From a virus (taxonomy: Duplodnaviria > Caudoviricetes), in IMG/VR virus record IMGVR_UViG_3300020596_000031, positions 1 to 50,919 of that record: DNA of 50,919 nucleotides, one strand, 5' to 3'. Below the pieces are notes generated by a model that was not told the origin of the DNA, ran no database searches, and saw only the letters and a list, made by a program, of their open reading frames with translations. Shown piece after piece: positions 18,288 to 28,032 of the stretch; the stretch's first letter is position 1; each line of letters opens with the position of its first letter. A program made the translations under genes and the position numbers.

Positions 18288-21175
18288 ACACAATTCGCCT
18301 ATCACTCGTTCTCTTGATCGCGCTTCTGGCGATGCGGGACGGCAACGCGCAACAGCCCTCCAACGTGCAGAAGGCGCCCACAGGCGCACTCACTGCCGGC
18401 TTCAATTCGGCACGAACGCATGTGTTCCTGAGTGGAGCCGACGTCACGTTTAGCGCAGGGACCACGCTGACGGTCAACGGGACTTTCGGCGGTACGCCAA
18501 CGGGTGGCACACTCAACCTAACCAATGTGACGGTGAGCGGGCTTGCGGGCGACATCACCGCGGCAACGGTGAACGGCGTTGCATTATCCGGCACCAGCAC
18601 GCCGACGCTCGCGGTCACCGGAACCAGCTCAATCAGCGGGGCACATACAGGCACCAGCTCCGGGACGAACACCGGCGATCAGACGAGCGTCTCAGGCAAT
18701 GCAGGCACGGCAACAGCACTCCAGACCGCGCGGAATATCAACGGCGAGGCCTTTGACGGCACGGCCAACATTACGGTCCCAGCAGCCGCGGGCACACTCA
18801 CGGGCGCTACGCTCGCTTCCGGGGTGACGGCGTCCTCGCTCACAAGCGCAGCAGGCGGCGCATTCGGCACCGCGGCATTCACCGCGGCAACCGCGCACCA
18901 GCCGGTTGATGCGGACCTGACATCCATCGCCGCGCTCGCCACGACATCGTTCGGCCGAGGGCTGCTCGCCGAGACCAGCGCGAGCACCACGCGCAGCACG
19001 CTCGGGCTCGTAATCGGCACCAACGTACAGGCATTTGACGCCGATCTCACAACCTACGCCGGCATCACTCCAAGCGCCAACATCCAATCGCTGCTGGGCG
19101 CCGCCAACTACGCTGCTGCCCGCGCGCTACTCGACCTCGAAGCAGGCACAGACTTTTTGGCGTATCCGACCGGCACGCCGAACGGCAGTAAATTCCTGCG
19201 CGATGATAACTCATGGCAAACAATCACAGGCGGCGGCGACGCGCTTGTCGCAAATCCGCTCTCACAATTCGCATCGACCACTTCCGCGCAACTTGCCGGG
19301 GTCGTAAGCAACGAAACAGGTAGCGGGCTCCTCGTGTTTGGGACCTCGCCTACGCTTGAGACACCCGCACTCGGCACGCCTACCGCGCTTGTACTGACAA
19401 ACGCCACCGGCCTGCCTATAGCAACCGGAGTCAGCGGACTAGGGACAGGCATTGCAACCGCTCTAGCCACCCCGACAAGCGCCAACCTTGCGGCGGCTTT
19501 GACCAACGAAACCGGAACGAGCCTCGCTGTATTCTCCGAAGCCCCGACCATTAACGCGGCGAATCTCACCGGCACGACAACGGCAACGACAGTCGCCGTG
19601 ACCATGCTTGTCCCCAGCGCTGTAACATGGGGCAGCACCGTAATGCCCAGCGCCAACGGCGGCGCCGGCACGATCAACGGAATCCTGATGGCGAACGGCA
19701 GCGGAACCACCAGCCTAGCAGTGAGCGGCACCAACTACGAGCCAGCGCGGACGGCAATTTCGCAAGCAGATGCAGAGGCAGGAGTCGCTACTACCGTGCA
19801 GGGCTTTACGGCGCAGCGCGTGGCGCAGGCCATCGCGGCACTCGGCGCTGGCGGCGACAGCATCCCAGCGGGTGCAGCGATTAGTTGGCCGACAACCGGT
19901 ATCGGATCTCCGCCGACGGGATATTTCGCCGCCGGCGAATACGGCACGCCGGCGCAAGTTGAAACTGGGTTGTGGTCCAAAGTCGTGCGCTCTGCCGGCA
20001 CCATCGGCGCATTTACGTTCAGCCCCGCGGCGGGCGAGGTCGCAGACGGCGCAACGATCTCGTTCGTCACAGGCGGCGGGGTTGCGGGCACGACGTTCAG
20101 GCACACGTTCGGTGACGGCACACAAGCCGCGCCGACATTCACGACCGGCACGGCAGGGGCCAGCGCGGTGATTTCCGGCGCGGGCACGTACAAGGTTACC
20201 GAGATCAAAGCTGGGTACATCTCGGCTACGGGAAGCGCGGCATACACGATGGTCGCGGCACCAACCGTCAGCACGCGCACGATTCCCGCCCTAGGCACCA
20301 CGCTCGTCGTTGTCCACAATGAAACCGTCACCCACGGCGCAGGCGGTAGCGGCGGGCACACACTCTCAGCGTCAGGCGGCGCAACGACTCCGACGTATAG
20401 CAGCGGCGCGGGCACGGCAACACTGACCTATACGCTCTCCCGCACGGTGCTCGTCGGAGAAACCGTAACGCACTCCTACACGCAGCCGGGCAACGGAGTG
20501 GAGGACGCGGCGGGTAACGACCTAGCTACGTTCGCAACCCAAAGCGTGACCAATAGCAGCACGGCGGACGGAATCACCTACATCATCAAAGAGTCGTTTG
20601 AGGGCGCAAACGCGTCGTCGAACCAGCCCGCAGTAGTCGGGCTTGATATGACCGGATGGACTGCCACCAGTGCTAACGTGCTCTCACAGTCTACGCCTGC
20701 GACCGCAGGGAACTATTCCTTGCGGCTCAATAACGCTAGTATGTACCGGGATAGTGTTGCGATGACCGGCGCCACCCTTTATACGTATTTTAAGCTCACG
20801 CGACTAGGCAATTTTGCCACCTCTTCTGTGGGTGTGGTCAACAGCGGGAAGGATGGTAACATCTTAGCCGTATCAGCAACCACGATGGCTGCTCGCAATG
20901 GAGTGACTAACGGCGCGGCAGGCGCTGTGCTTACTCTCGATCAGGTGTACCACGTCTGGATCGACTATACGCCGGGCAGCGGAAACAACGGGATAACGCG
21001 GGTTTACATGTCCACGGACGGCATCAAGCCGGGAGTCGTTTACTCTGAAGTTACTGATGGCAATGCTACTGCGACGACGAGCCTGCGGTTCAACATACAG
21101 AACTCTAACAACACGGTGAGGCTCGATGACTTTCGGGTGGCCCATGTTGTCCTAGGCAGCAGCAGCACACCATAA
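18284..21175 (+). CDS. Tail fibre-like protein with N-terminal signal peptide and C-terminal beta-sandwich (lectin-like) domain
   Basis: ATGA overlap at 18284; MNTIRLSLVLLIALLAMRDGNA-QQ; fibre motifs GNAGTATALQTARNING..FDGTANIT, DADLTSIAAL, ETGSGLLVFGTSPTL. Confidence 0.75.
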   Translation: MNTIRLSLVLLIALLAMRDGNAQQPSNVQKAPTGALTAGFNSARTHVFLSGADVTFSAGTTLTVNGTFGGTPTGGTLNLTNVTVSGLAGDITAATVNGVALSGTSTPTLAVTGTSSISGAHTGTSSGTNTGDQTSVSGNAGTATALQTARNINGEAFDGTANITVPAAAGTLTGATLASGVTASSLTSAAGGAFGTAAFTAATAHQPVDADLTSIAALATTSFGRGLLAETSASTTRSTLGLVIGTNVQAFDADLTTYAGITPSANIQSLLGAANYAAARALLDLEAGTDFLAYPTGTPNGSKFLRDDNSWQTITGGGDALVANPLSQFASTTSAQLAGVVSNETGSGLLVFGTSPTLETPALGTPTALVLTNATGLPIATGVSGLGTGIATALATPTSANLAAALTNETGTSLAVFSEAPTINAANLTGTTTATTVAVTMLVPSAVTWGSTVMPSANGGAGTINGILMANGSGTTSLAVSGTNYEPARTAISQADAEAGVATTVQGFTAQRVAQAIAALGAGGDSIPAGAAISWPTTGIGSPPTGYFAAGEYGTPAQVETGLWSKVVRSAGTIGAFTFSPAAGEVADGATISFVTGGGVAGTTFRHTFGDGTQAAPTFTTGTAGASAVISGAGTYKVTEIKAGYISATGSAAYTMVAAPTVSTRTIPALGTTLVVVHNETVTHGAGGSGGHTLSASGGATTPTYSSGAGTATLTYTLSRTVLVGETVTHSYTQPGNGVEDAAGNDLATFATQSVTNSSTADGITYIIKESFEGANASSNQPAVVGLDMTGWTATSANVLSQSTPATAGNYSLRLNNASMYRDSVAMTGATLYTYFKLTRLGNFATSSVGVVNSGKDGNILAVSATTMAARNGVTNGAAGAVLTLDQVYHVWIDYTPGSGNNGITRVYMSTDGIKPGVVYSEVTDGNATATTSLRFNIQNSNNTVRLDDFRVAHVVLGSSSTP

Positions 21176-21176
21176 C

Positions 21177-23642
21177 ATGATGCGCACTCTACTTGCTTTG
21201 TTTCTGCTTGCTCAGGTTGCGCGTCTTGCGGCGCAGGACTACACGTTCTCAAACGTAGCCAGTACGAGCACCGATCGACGCACCACCGCGGGCCAGTGGG
21301 GCGCTCGCTTCCATAATACGTCAGGGGAGATCATCACAATTACCCACGTAGGTCGATGGATTTTCTCCGGAAACTCCGGGACGCACTTAATCACGGTTTA
21401 CGGCGATTACGGCGAATTTCTTGGCAGCGCAACCGTGGATTGCAGCGGGACGCCGGGGACGTGGGCGTGGGCTGCGTTGTCGGTCCCGGCGCAGGTTTCG
21501 GTTGGCTATCGGGCTTGGATTTTCAGCACAGAGGGCAACGGCGATCAGTGGTCTAATCCATTTGGCGGCACCGGCTATTCCGCAACCGATTCAGATATTG
21601 GTTACTTTCAAACCGCCAGGAATATTGGGACACCTGAAGTTCCGATCGGTCAAGAAGACGGCGGACTGTTCATGTCTTATGGCCCGGTTAATTTTCGCTA
21701 TTCTAGCCCCGTTCAAACGTGGACCAAGGCAGGCACGGTTTACACGACAGACGGAACGCAATATCAGGTAAGCTCTGCGATTAACGACGCCACTATCGGC
21801 GACACGATTATGCTTCCCGCCGGAACAGTGACGTGGGGCGTTGGCGGCGCAGGTATCTCGATTAACAAGGCGGTTACCGTCCAAGGGGCAGGCATCGACC
21901 AAACAATCATCAATCAAAGCGCCACTGCCTCGGCAGGCTGGGGCAGCACGTTCATATCATTGGCAAGCGGGGCGACGATTCGCAAGCTGACGATTACTGG
22001 GGCGGATATAGAAGGTGGCGTTTTCTCCACTGGCGCGGCTACGGATTGGAGGATCAGCGAGGTTAAGTACGTGCAGTACCCTAACCGGAACCCTTACTTT
22101 GTTTACGCTCAATACTCTCCCCGCGGCTTGATTGACCAATGCGACATCACGGGTGGCAAGGGTAACTCCGAGTTGGTGTTCGCACGCGGGCCTTCCGACG
22201 CTTGGAACGTGGCGACTCCGGTCGGCACGGAAAACAATATCTTTATTGAGGACAGTATTTTCCGTGGAGCAGGCTATGTGTGCGACGCCAATAGCAACGG
22301 TCGAATCGTAGTGCGAAACTGCACGATTACCGACGGCATCAAGGTTGATTCACACGGCGTCTGGAGTAACGGCGGTCCACAGCGGGGCGCTCGAAATCTC
22401 GAAGTGTATCGAAATACTTGGACCTTAACGACGGGCGCTTGGCCCGCCATCGAGATTCGCGGCGGGACTGGGATGGTTTGGGGCAACAGCAGCGCGGCTA
22501 CCAACGCTTCAAATATGGCGTGGTTTTTCCTCACGGAATATGGGCTTTTTAACAACAACGGAGCGTTTCACCCGAACTTTCAAACGGCTTTTGATTACCC
22601 AATCCGCGATCAGATTGGCCGCGGCCAATACTCCACTGCGGACGACTGGACTACCGCCGCCAGCGAGCCGATATATGTTTGGGACAATCTGAAAGGTGGA
22701 CTACAATGGCCGCTTTCGTACAAGACCATTGCAGCGGGCGCAATCACTCGCTTCCGGGACCAAACCGGCAACCCAACCGCGACGTTTGTATGGGAGGATG
22801 TCATCCAAGCCGACCGGGATTACTTTCGAGACGTTGCGGGTTTCAACGGCTCAACCGGCGTCGGCACCGGCACAGCTGCGGCAATGGCCGCGATCACACC
22901 CACGAAAACCGGCGTGGGGTTTTGGGTCACCGACGAGGGTACGTGGGATCTGAGTAACGGAGCCACAACGGACGGGCGACTGTACCGCTGGAACGACAGC
23001 GCGTGGGTACTGCATTACACTCCGTACGCGTACCCGCATCCGATGCGCAGCGGAGATGCGCCTAGTGTCATTACCCCGACCTTCACCCCGAGCGCGCCGA
23101 CGCACAGCACGCCGCAGAGCGTGAGCATCACGGGCGAGACCGCCTCCGCGACCTACTACTACACCCTGGACGGCACGACCCCGACCGCAGCGAGCACGCT
23201 CTACACTGATCCTGTCTCCATCGGCTACGGCACGACCACGATGAAGTCTATTGGCGTCAAAGCGGCACACGAAAATAGCGCGGTGCGATCCGTGACCTAT
23301 GTTATCACCGCCGCCCCCGGCGCTCCGTCGTTCTCGCTCCATCCAACAACTCAGTTGGCTACAGTCGGCGACAACGTGACGCTCACCGTCGCAGCCAGCG
23401 GAGATCCAACGTTCCAGTGGCGCAAGGGTGGCGTGAATATCCCAGACGCTACGTCCGCCTCTCTCGCGCTGACCAACGTGCAGCTCGCCGATGCGGGCAG
23501 TTATGACAGCGTTGCGACGAACGCCGGCGGTTCGGCGACCAGCAACGCGGGAGTGCTTACGGTCAACCATGGCGGCAATGGCGGCGATGGCGGTACAATC
23601 AACGTCACCACGATCAACGTCGGGACGCTCTCACTCCCATGA
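21177..23642 (+). CDS. Signal-peptide protein with parallel beta-helix (pectin-lyase-like), Fn3-associated/chitobiase-C and immunoglobulin domains
   Basis: MMRTLLALFLLAQVARLAA-QD; AINDATIGDTIMLPAGT...KAVTVQGAG beta-helix start; YYTLDGTTPT..S; FQWRKGG..IPDATSASLALTNVQLADAGSY Ig motif. Confidence 0.8.
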   Translation: MMRTLLALFLLAQVARLAAQDYTFSNVASTSTDRRTTAGQWGARFHNTSGEIITITHVGRWIFSGNSGTHLITVYGDYGEFLGSATVDCSGTPGTWAWAALSVPAQVSVGYRAWIFSTEGNGDQWSNPFGGTGYSATDSDIGYFQTARNIGTPEVPIGQEDGGLFMSYGPVNFRYSSPVQTWTKAGTVYTTDGTQYQVSSAINDATIGDTIMLPAGTVTWGVGGAGISINKAVTVQGAGIDQTIINQSATASAGWGSTFISLASGATIRKLTITGADIEGGVFSTGAATDWRISEVKYVQYPNRNPYFVYAQYSPRGLIDQCDITGGKGNSELVFARGPSDAWNVATPVGTENNIFIEDSIFRGAGYVCDANSNGRIVVRNCTITDGIKVDSHGVWSNGGPQRGARNLEVYRNTWTLTTGAWPAIEIRGGTGMVWGNSSAATNASNMAWFFLTEYGLFNNNGAFHPNFQTAFDYPIRDQIGRGQYSTADDWTTAASEPIYVWDNLKGGLQWPLSYKTIAAGAITRFRDQTGNPTATFVWEDVIQADRDYFRDVAGFNGSTGVGTGTAAAMAAITPTKTGVGFWVTDEGTWDLSNGATTDGRLYRWNDSAWVLHYTPYAYPHPMRSGDAPSVITPTFTPSAPTHSTPQSVSITGETASATYYYTLDGTTPTAASTLYTDPVSIGYGTTTMKSIGVKAAHENSAVRSVTYVITAAPGAPSFSLHPTTQLATVGDNVTLTVAASGDPTFQWRKGGVNIPDATSASLALTNVQLADAGSYDSVATNAGGSATSNAGVLTVNHGGNGGDGGTINVTTINVGTLSLP

Positions 23643-23866
23643 ACTTCTCGCTCGACCTCAACACGCTGCTCTCAAGCGGCATCCTTGCACTCACGATCTG
23701 GACTCTGAAGACCGTGGTGGCCCTCGACCGCAAGCAGGCGGCGGCGGAGGAAAAGCACACGGCTATCGTGGCACGCACGGGCGACCACCATGACCGCATA
23801 AGCCGGGTAGAGCACAAGGTGGGGCACCTCGAAGTCGGCGTGGCCAAGCTGCAATCACGGGAGTAA
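23639..23866 (+). CDS. Small membrane protein (holin/antiholin-like)
   Basis: One N-terminal TM segment plus coiled-coil tail, at the head of the lysis cassette. Confidence 0.55.
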   Translation: MNFSLDLNTLLSSGILALTIWTLKTVVALDRKQAAAEEKHTAIVARTGDHHDRISRVEHKVGHLEVGVAKLQSRE

Positions 23867-23870
23867 TTAT

Positions 23871-24422
23871 ATGGGCAAGCCCGACATCAATCTCCTCTCG
23901 TTCGCGCACCAGCGCCCGCTCGGCACGCATCACGTCGGCGACCTGACGCCCAGCTCGTTCCACTCGGACACGCTGAAGATCAGCGATTGCGCGGACGGGA
24001 TGATCCTGGCCGGGCACGTCATCGGCGGAAAAGAAGACGCCAACGATTGCAATAATCACTGCTCAAACGTCGTCATGCAGGCGGACTGTTGGGAAATCCG
24101 GGGCAAGTACGGGTTCACGATCAAGGGCGGGAGTTCGAACATCACACTTATTGGCCTAGTGCGCGGCCACGGCTCTGTGGTGGACGTGGACCTTGGCAAC
24201 ATCAGCGACCAGAGCGACGACATCACCGGGCCTGTATCGCTGCAACTGGCGCACGAGCTGGGCTCGCAAGAGCCGATCACCGTCCGCGTCCTCGGCGCAA
24301 CGAACCCGATCATCCTCAACCCCGAGCAGGCCTATAAAGTCATCTTTGCGATCCCCGGCCCGTTTCGCTCCTTTTTTCTGAAAGCGTACAAGTTCCTCAA
24401 AAAGCTAGGACTCCCAATATGA
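23871..24422 (+). CDS. Putative parallel beta-helix enzyme in the endolysin position
   Basis: DTLKIS...GGKEDANDC...GFTIKGGSSNITL...DVDLGN resembles lyase/GH beta-helix turns; basic amphipathic C-terminus; flanked by holin-like genes. Confidence 0.5.
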   Translation: MGKPDINLLSFAHQRPLGTHHVGDLTPSSFHSDTLKISDCADGMILAGHVIGGKEDANDCNNHCSNVVMQADCWEIRGKYGFTIKGGSSNITLIGLVRGHGSVVDVDLGNISDQSDDITGPVSLQLAHELGSQEPITVRVLGATNPIILNPEQAYKVIFAIPGPFRSFFLKAYKFLKKLGLPI

Positions 24423-24634
24423 AAATCACCGACATCCTTAAATCGAAAACTATTTGGGGCGTACTTATCGCCGCCATTCCCACCCTGCTCGGCTTCTTCG
24501 GGCTTCAGGTTGGAGACATCGGCGTGTTCACCGACCTTGCCAATAACGCCGTGGATTCCCTCGTCACCCTCGCCGGCAGCGCGCTGGCCGTCTATGGCCG
24601 CATCGTGGCCGTCAAAGGGCTCATCACCAAGTGA
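24419..24634 (+). CDS. Holin
   Basis: 71 aa, two TM segments, KSKTIWG N-terminal and YGRIVA C-terminal motifs typical of small holins. Confidence 0.7.
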   Translation: MKITDILKSKTIWGVLIAAIPTLLGFFGLQVGDIGVFTDLANNAVDSLVTLAGSALAVYGRIVAVKGLITK

Positions 24635-24900
24635 GCGCGATCACGGCTATATTTGCCGCGCTCGCCGCCTACCTTCAGATCAAACTCATCACCGCCCGCT
24701 ATGATCTACAACGCCGAATCGAGAGCGATGTCCGCAACGCCGAGGAACGCATTGACCAGCTTCGCGCTCGTGGCGGGCCTGCTGACCAGCTTGCTGCTGA
24801 CCGGCTGCGTGAGCAGATCATCCGGGCCAACGGCGTCGTTGCAAATCTACCAGCCGCCAGTCCTTCGCCTCACGGCGGGGACGGTGGTAGCAACTCGTGA
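24631..24900 (+). CDS. Inner-membrane spanin (Rz-like)
   Basis: N-terminal hydrophobic anchor plus coiled coil; overlaps a lipoprotein gene in another frame. Confidence 0.6.
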   Translation: MSAITAIFAALAAYLQIKLITARYDLQRRIESDVRNAEERIDQLRARGGPADQLAADRLREQIIRANGVVANLPAASPSPHGGDGGSNS

Positions 24901-25024
24901 CGGCGTTTACACAGTGCCGCTTGACGAAACGTGGCACAGCAATCAGCGGTTCGTGAAGGTCGAGAACGAGGCGGTGAACCTCGCGGCGGCGCTCGCGCAA
25001 GAACGGGCAAGGGCCGGCAGGTAG
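24728..25024 (+). CDS. Outer-membrane spanin (Rz1-like lipoprotein)
   Basis: ATG 24728; lipobox LLLTG-C; overlapped Rz/Rz1 architecture. Confidence 0.65.
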   Translation: MSATPRNALTSFALVAGLLTSLLLTGCVSRSSGPTASLQIYQPPVLRLTAGTVVATRDGVYTVPLDETWHSNQRFVKVENEAVNLAAALAQERARAGR

Positions 25025-25158
25025 TTCTACGTTTTTTAACCGTGCCGAACTTGACGGAAAATCCACCTATGATCACTCGATATTCATGGCGAACAACGAC
25101 TCGGCAAGCCGCGATTCTCAAATGAGCGACCACCCGCGGAAGACGCGCAATTGCAGGA

Positions 25159-25171
25159 AATGCAACCTATC
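25159..25171 (+). promoter_or_regulatory. Late-gene upstream motif copy 4 (AATGCAACCTATC)
   Basis: 48 nt upstream of scaffold ATG 25207. Confidence 0.65.
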
Positions 25172-25206
25172 GACCGGCCTGAACGCGGGGCCTTGGTGGG
25201 TAGGCA

Positions 25207-26421
25207 ATGGATACGTCTACGCTCGCCGCGGGTACTGCCCCGGCACCGATCGATAACGCGACGCCAGTACCGGCGCCCGCTACCCCTGTAGTTGCCACCG
25301 CTCCTGCCACTGCGCGAGACATTGTCGGGGCATTGACCAGCGCAGAACGACAACTACTCGGCCGCGGGCAGAAGAGCCTCAAGGAGATTATTGAAGCGCG
25401 TCCGGCCCCGAAGGGTGCGGCGCCCTCAACTGCAGCGCCGGTTCCTCTGGTTGCTGCTCCAGCGGATCCAGTAGCCGACACGCCAGCGGCCCAAGAGGCT
25501 GCGGCCACGCCTGAGGAGAACGACGACGATGGCGACGACCTGAAGAAAATGCGGGTCACGCCGAACGACTTTCAGGAGCGCGAGGTAATACGCCTGATGA
25601 AGGCCAAGCGCGATGCGCAGGGCAATGTCATCGAGGCCGGGCTTGGCTTGCTGCAGGCGTGTTCGAAGGTGTACGGCGCCACTACGCCGGCAGCGGCCGC
25701 TACTCCAGGGACGCCCCCAGTTAAGGCCGAGCCCGCTGCGGATGCAGGACTGCAGGGCCTCGACTCGCAGCTCGCGACATTGGGCGAGAGTCTCACGAAC
25801 CTTGCCAAGGACCGGGATGCCGCGCGGGAGGACGTCGACAACAAGAAAGCCGACGAGCTCTCCGACCAGATTGCGGACATCCGGGCCGACCTGAAACTGC
25901 TGAACCACGAACGCGAAGGCTACATTCGCAATCGCGATGCCCAAGCCGCGCATTCGGTCGAGCAGCAAGTAACCTTTTCGCGCGATCGCGCATTCGACCA
26001 GTATCCAGAATTGAAAGTCGCGGATGGCATGTCCCGGCTGGCTCTCGATGGCTACGTCGGCGCGGCGCTCAACGATCCCAACCGTGCACGGTTCTTCGCG
26101 GATCCGACGTGGCCTGAAAAGATCACGCAGGAATTCGCGACGAGGCACGGGCTAAAGAAAGCAGGCAGCGCGGCGACTACGCCCGTTGCTGCGCCGACGA
26201 CGGCCACCAAAGCCGCACCTTCGACAACGCTCACGCCCGCGCTTCGGCCAAAGCCGCAGCAAGTGCCAGGCGCCAAACTCGTATCGGGAGCCGACGGAAC
26301 ACCGTCCTCGGCGCCGGCTGCGAAGACATTGGAAGACTTACGTGCAGCAATCCCGGGCATGAGCTCGGCGCAACGTCGCGAACTGTTCCGCCGCATCTCG
26401 GCAAAAGCAGGCACGCGATAA
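25207..26421 (+). CDS. Capsid scaffolding protein
   Basis: A/P-rich disordered ends, acidic patch, central coiled coil; immediately upstream of the capsid gene. Confidence 0.75.
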   Translation: MDTSTLAAGTAPAPIDNATPVPAPATPVVATAPATARDIVGALTSAERQLLGRGQKSLKEIIEARPAPKGAAPSTAAPVPLVAAPADPVADTPAAQEAAATPEENDDDGDDLKKMRVTPNDFQEREVIRLMKAKRDAQGNVIEAGLGLLQACSKVYGATTPAAAATPGTPPVKAEPAADAGLQGLDSQLATLGESLTNLAKDRDAAREDVDNKKADELSDQIADIRADLKLLNHEREGYIRNRDAQAAHSVEQQVTFSRDRAFDQYPELKVADGMSRLALDGYVGAALNDPNRARFFADPTWPEKITQEFATRHGLKKAGSAATTPVAAPTTATKAAPSTTLTPALRPKPQQVPGAKLVSGADGTPSSAPAAKTLEDLRAAIPGMSSAQRRELFRRISAKAGTR

Positions 26422-26455
26422 GTCAGCAATCTCACTTAATTAACCATTAATTACA

Positions 26456-27937
26456 ATGGCCTTTGATATTTCCGAAGTTCTTCATTACGACGCTTTAATC
26501 GCCAGCGACCCGCAGTTGATGCGTCAACTGTGGAGCGAACTGGTTTCCGCGGACTCCCGTGACTCTAACCCGATGAAGGATTTCATCGGCACCGAAGAGT
26601 CGGGCAAGCCTATCTGTGAAAAGACCGAGCTCGGTGCGGGCGGGTCTCAGAAAGTCACCTTCACGTCCATGGCGCCTATCGGCGGCAGGGGGGTAATTGG
26701 TGGCGCAGAGCTCAAGAGCAAGACGGCGAAGCCCGTGCATGGCACCTGGGGCGTCACCGTGGACATGCGCCGGTTTGCCATCTCGGAGGATCAACTCGTC
26801 GAACTGCTTCGGTTCAACCAAGGCAAGTCGCGCGAGTCGGTCCTGTACGAGCTATGCAAGCAGTGGTGGGGCATGATGGAGGCGGACGACATCCAGATCA
26901 CGTTCCGCGACAAGGCGCTGTTCGCGACGGACCAGCCGAATGTATACCGCATCGGTGGCGGCGCGACATCGAACGACATCAACCTCAACAACACGTTCGA
27001 TACCGGCACCATTGAGGAGTCGACCGAGCAGCTCGTTGGATTGGGCGCGATGCCGCTTGGCCTGTCGATGGACGAAGCTGGCAGCGAAGTGCCGGAGTTC
27101 GTCACGTTTGGCCCGCGTCGCTTCCTTCGATCCCTTGAGGACGAACAGAAGTTCCGCGAGGCCGTGCTGCACGCTCAGGCGCGAGGCGGAGAGAATTTCC
27201 ACTGGACGGGTAAGTACCCGCGCTGGAAGGAAAGTCTTATTCACCGGCACGCGATCAAGTTCGACTCCGGCAATAAGCGCCAGGGCTCGCCGCTTCTCCC
27301 GATCGCGTTCTTGGGTGCGGCACTCGCCGACGCGACGCCTACGACTGTCACGGGCGGAGGCGCACACAACACCGCAGGGGCGCTGACGGACACGATTCTG
27401 TACGACTACTTCTCGGCGTTCCGGGGTAACTACTGGAAGACCTTTTCCGCGGAGGTCGCGCCGACGGACAACAACACGTACTACGCGCTGATCTATAACG
27501 TGTCCGGTGCAGACCGCGGCAAGTACGAGATCGTGTCGTATGTGACTGCTGGCAACAACGGCAACCGGCTCACGGTCACTCGTGCGGTCAACGCTGACGG
27601 CCAGCTTACGGCCCTCACTGCCGCGTCGAAGTACACGAACGCTCACCCGAGCGGCTCGTGGATCATTCCGTGCAATAAGTGGGGCGTGCCGCTCGGTTAC
27701 GCCTTGGTCATGGGTGCCGAGGCTCTCGCGCTCGCCAAGGGCGCAATTGATGCAGACCCAATCGAATGGCAGGACGACTTCGTCTCGAAGACCTCCGGCA
27801 AGGCGCATATCAACTCGAGCGGCATCCAAGGGATCCGCGGGTATGCTCCGAAAGAGGATTCCATCGGGCGCTACCCGAACTTCCTCGTGGTCGAGGGTGC
27901 GCTCGATTACGGGCTACCCTTGGTTGCTCTCAACTAA
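26456..27937 (+). CDS. Major capsid protein (N4-gp56/DUF4043-like)
   Basis: FIG...PI..KTEL..GG..KVTF...GVIGG.EL...VTVD..RFAI N-terminal pattern; follows scaffold; followed by a terminator. Confidence 0.8.
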   Translation: MAFDISEVLHYDALIASDPQLMRQLWSELVSADSRDSNPMKDFIGTEESGKPICEKTELGAGGSQKVTFTSMAPIGGRGVIGGAELKSKTAKPVHGTWGVTVDMRRFAISEDQLVELLRFNQGKSRESVLYELCKQWWGMMEADDIQITFRDKALFATDQPNVYRIGGGATSNDINLNNTFDTGTIEESTEQLVGLGAMPLGLSMDEAGSEVPEFVTFGPRRFLRSLEDEQKFREAVLHAQARGGENFHWTGKYPRWKESLIHRHAIKFDSGNKRQGSPLLPIAFLGAALADATPTTVTGGGAHNTAGALTDTILYDYFSAFRGNYWKTFSAEVAPTDNNTYYALIYNVSGADRGKYEIVSYVTAGNNGNRLTVTRAVNADGQLTALTAASKYTNAHPSGSWIIPCNKWGVPLGYALVMGAEALALAKGAIDADPIEWQDDFVSKTSGKAHINSSGIQGIRGYAPKEDSIGRYPNFLVVEGALDYGLPLVALN

Positions 27938-27963
27938 GGGCCCGACCGAGTAGGTAATTTGCG

Positions 27964-28000
27964 AGCCCCGTTCGGATAAACACCGGACGGGGCTTTTCTT
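27964..28000 (+). terminator. Rho-independent terminator after capsid gene
   Basis: AGCCCCGTTCGG-ataaaca-CCGGACGGGGCT followed by TTTCTT. Confidence 0.85.
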
Positions 28001-28032
28001 CACGATAGGTTTTACCCCTGAATTTCTCAGAC

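Noticed and set aside
25051-25256. Sigma70 promoter (TTGACG) and a 56-aa ORF from 25087
   Set aside because: No properly spaced -10 box; the ORF overlaps the late motif and scaffold start and has no supporting features
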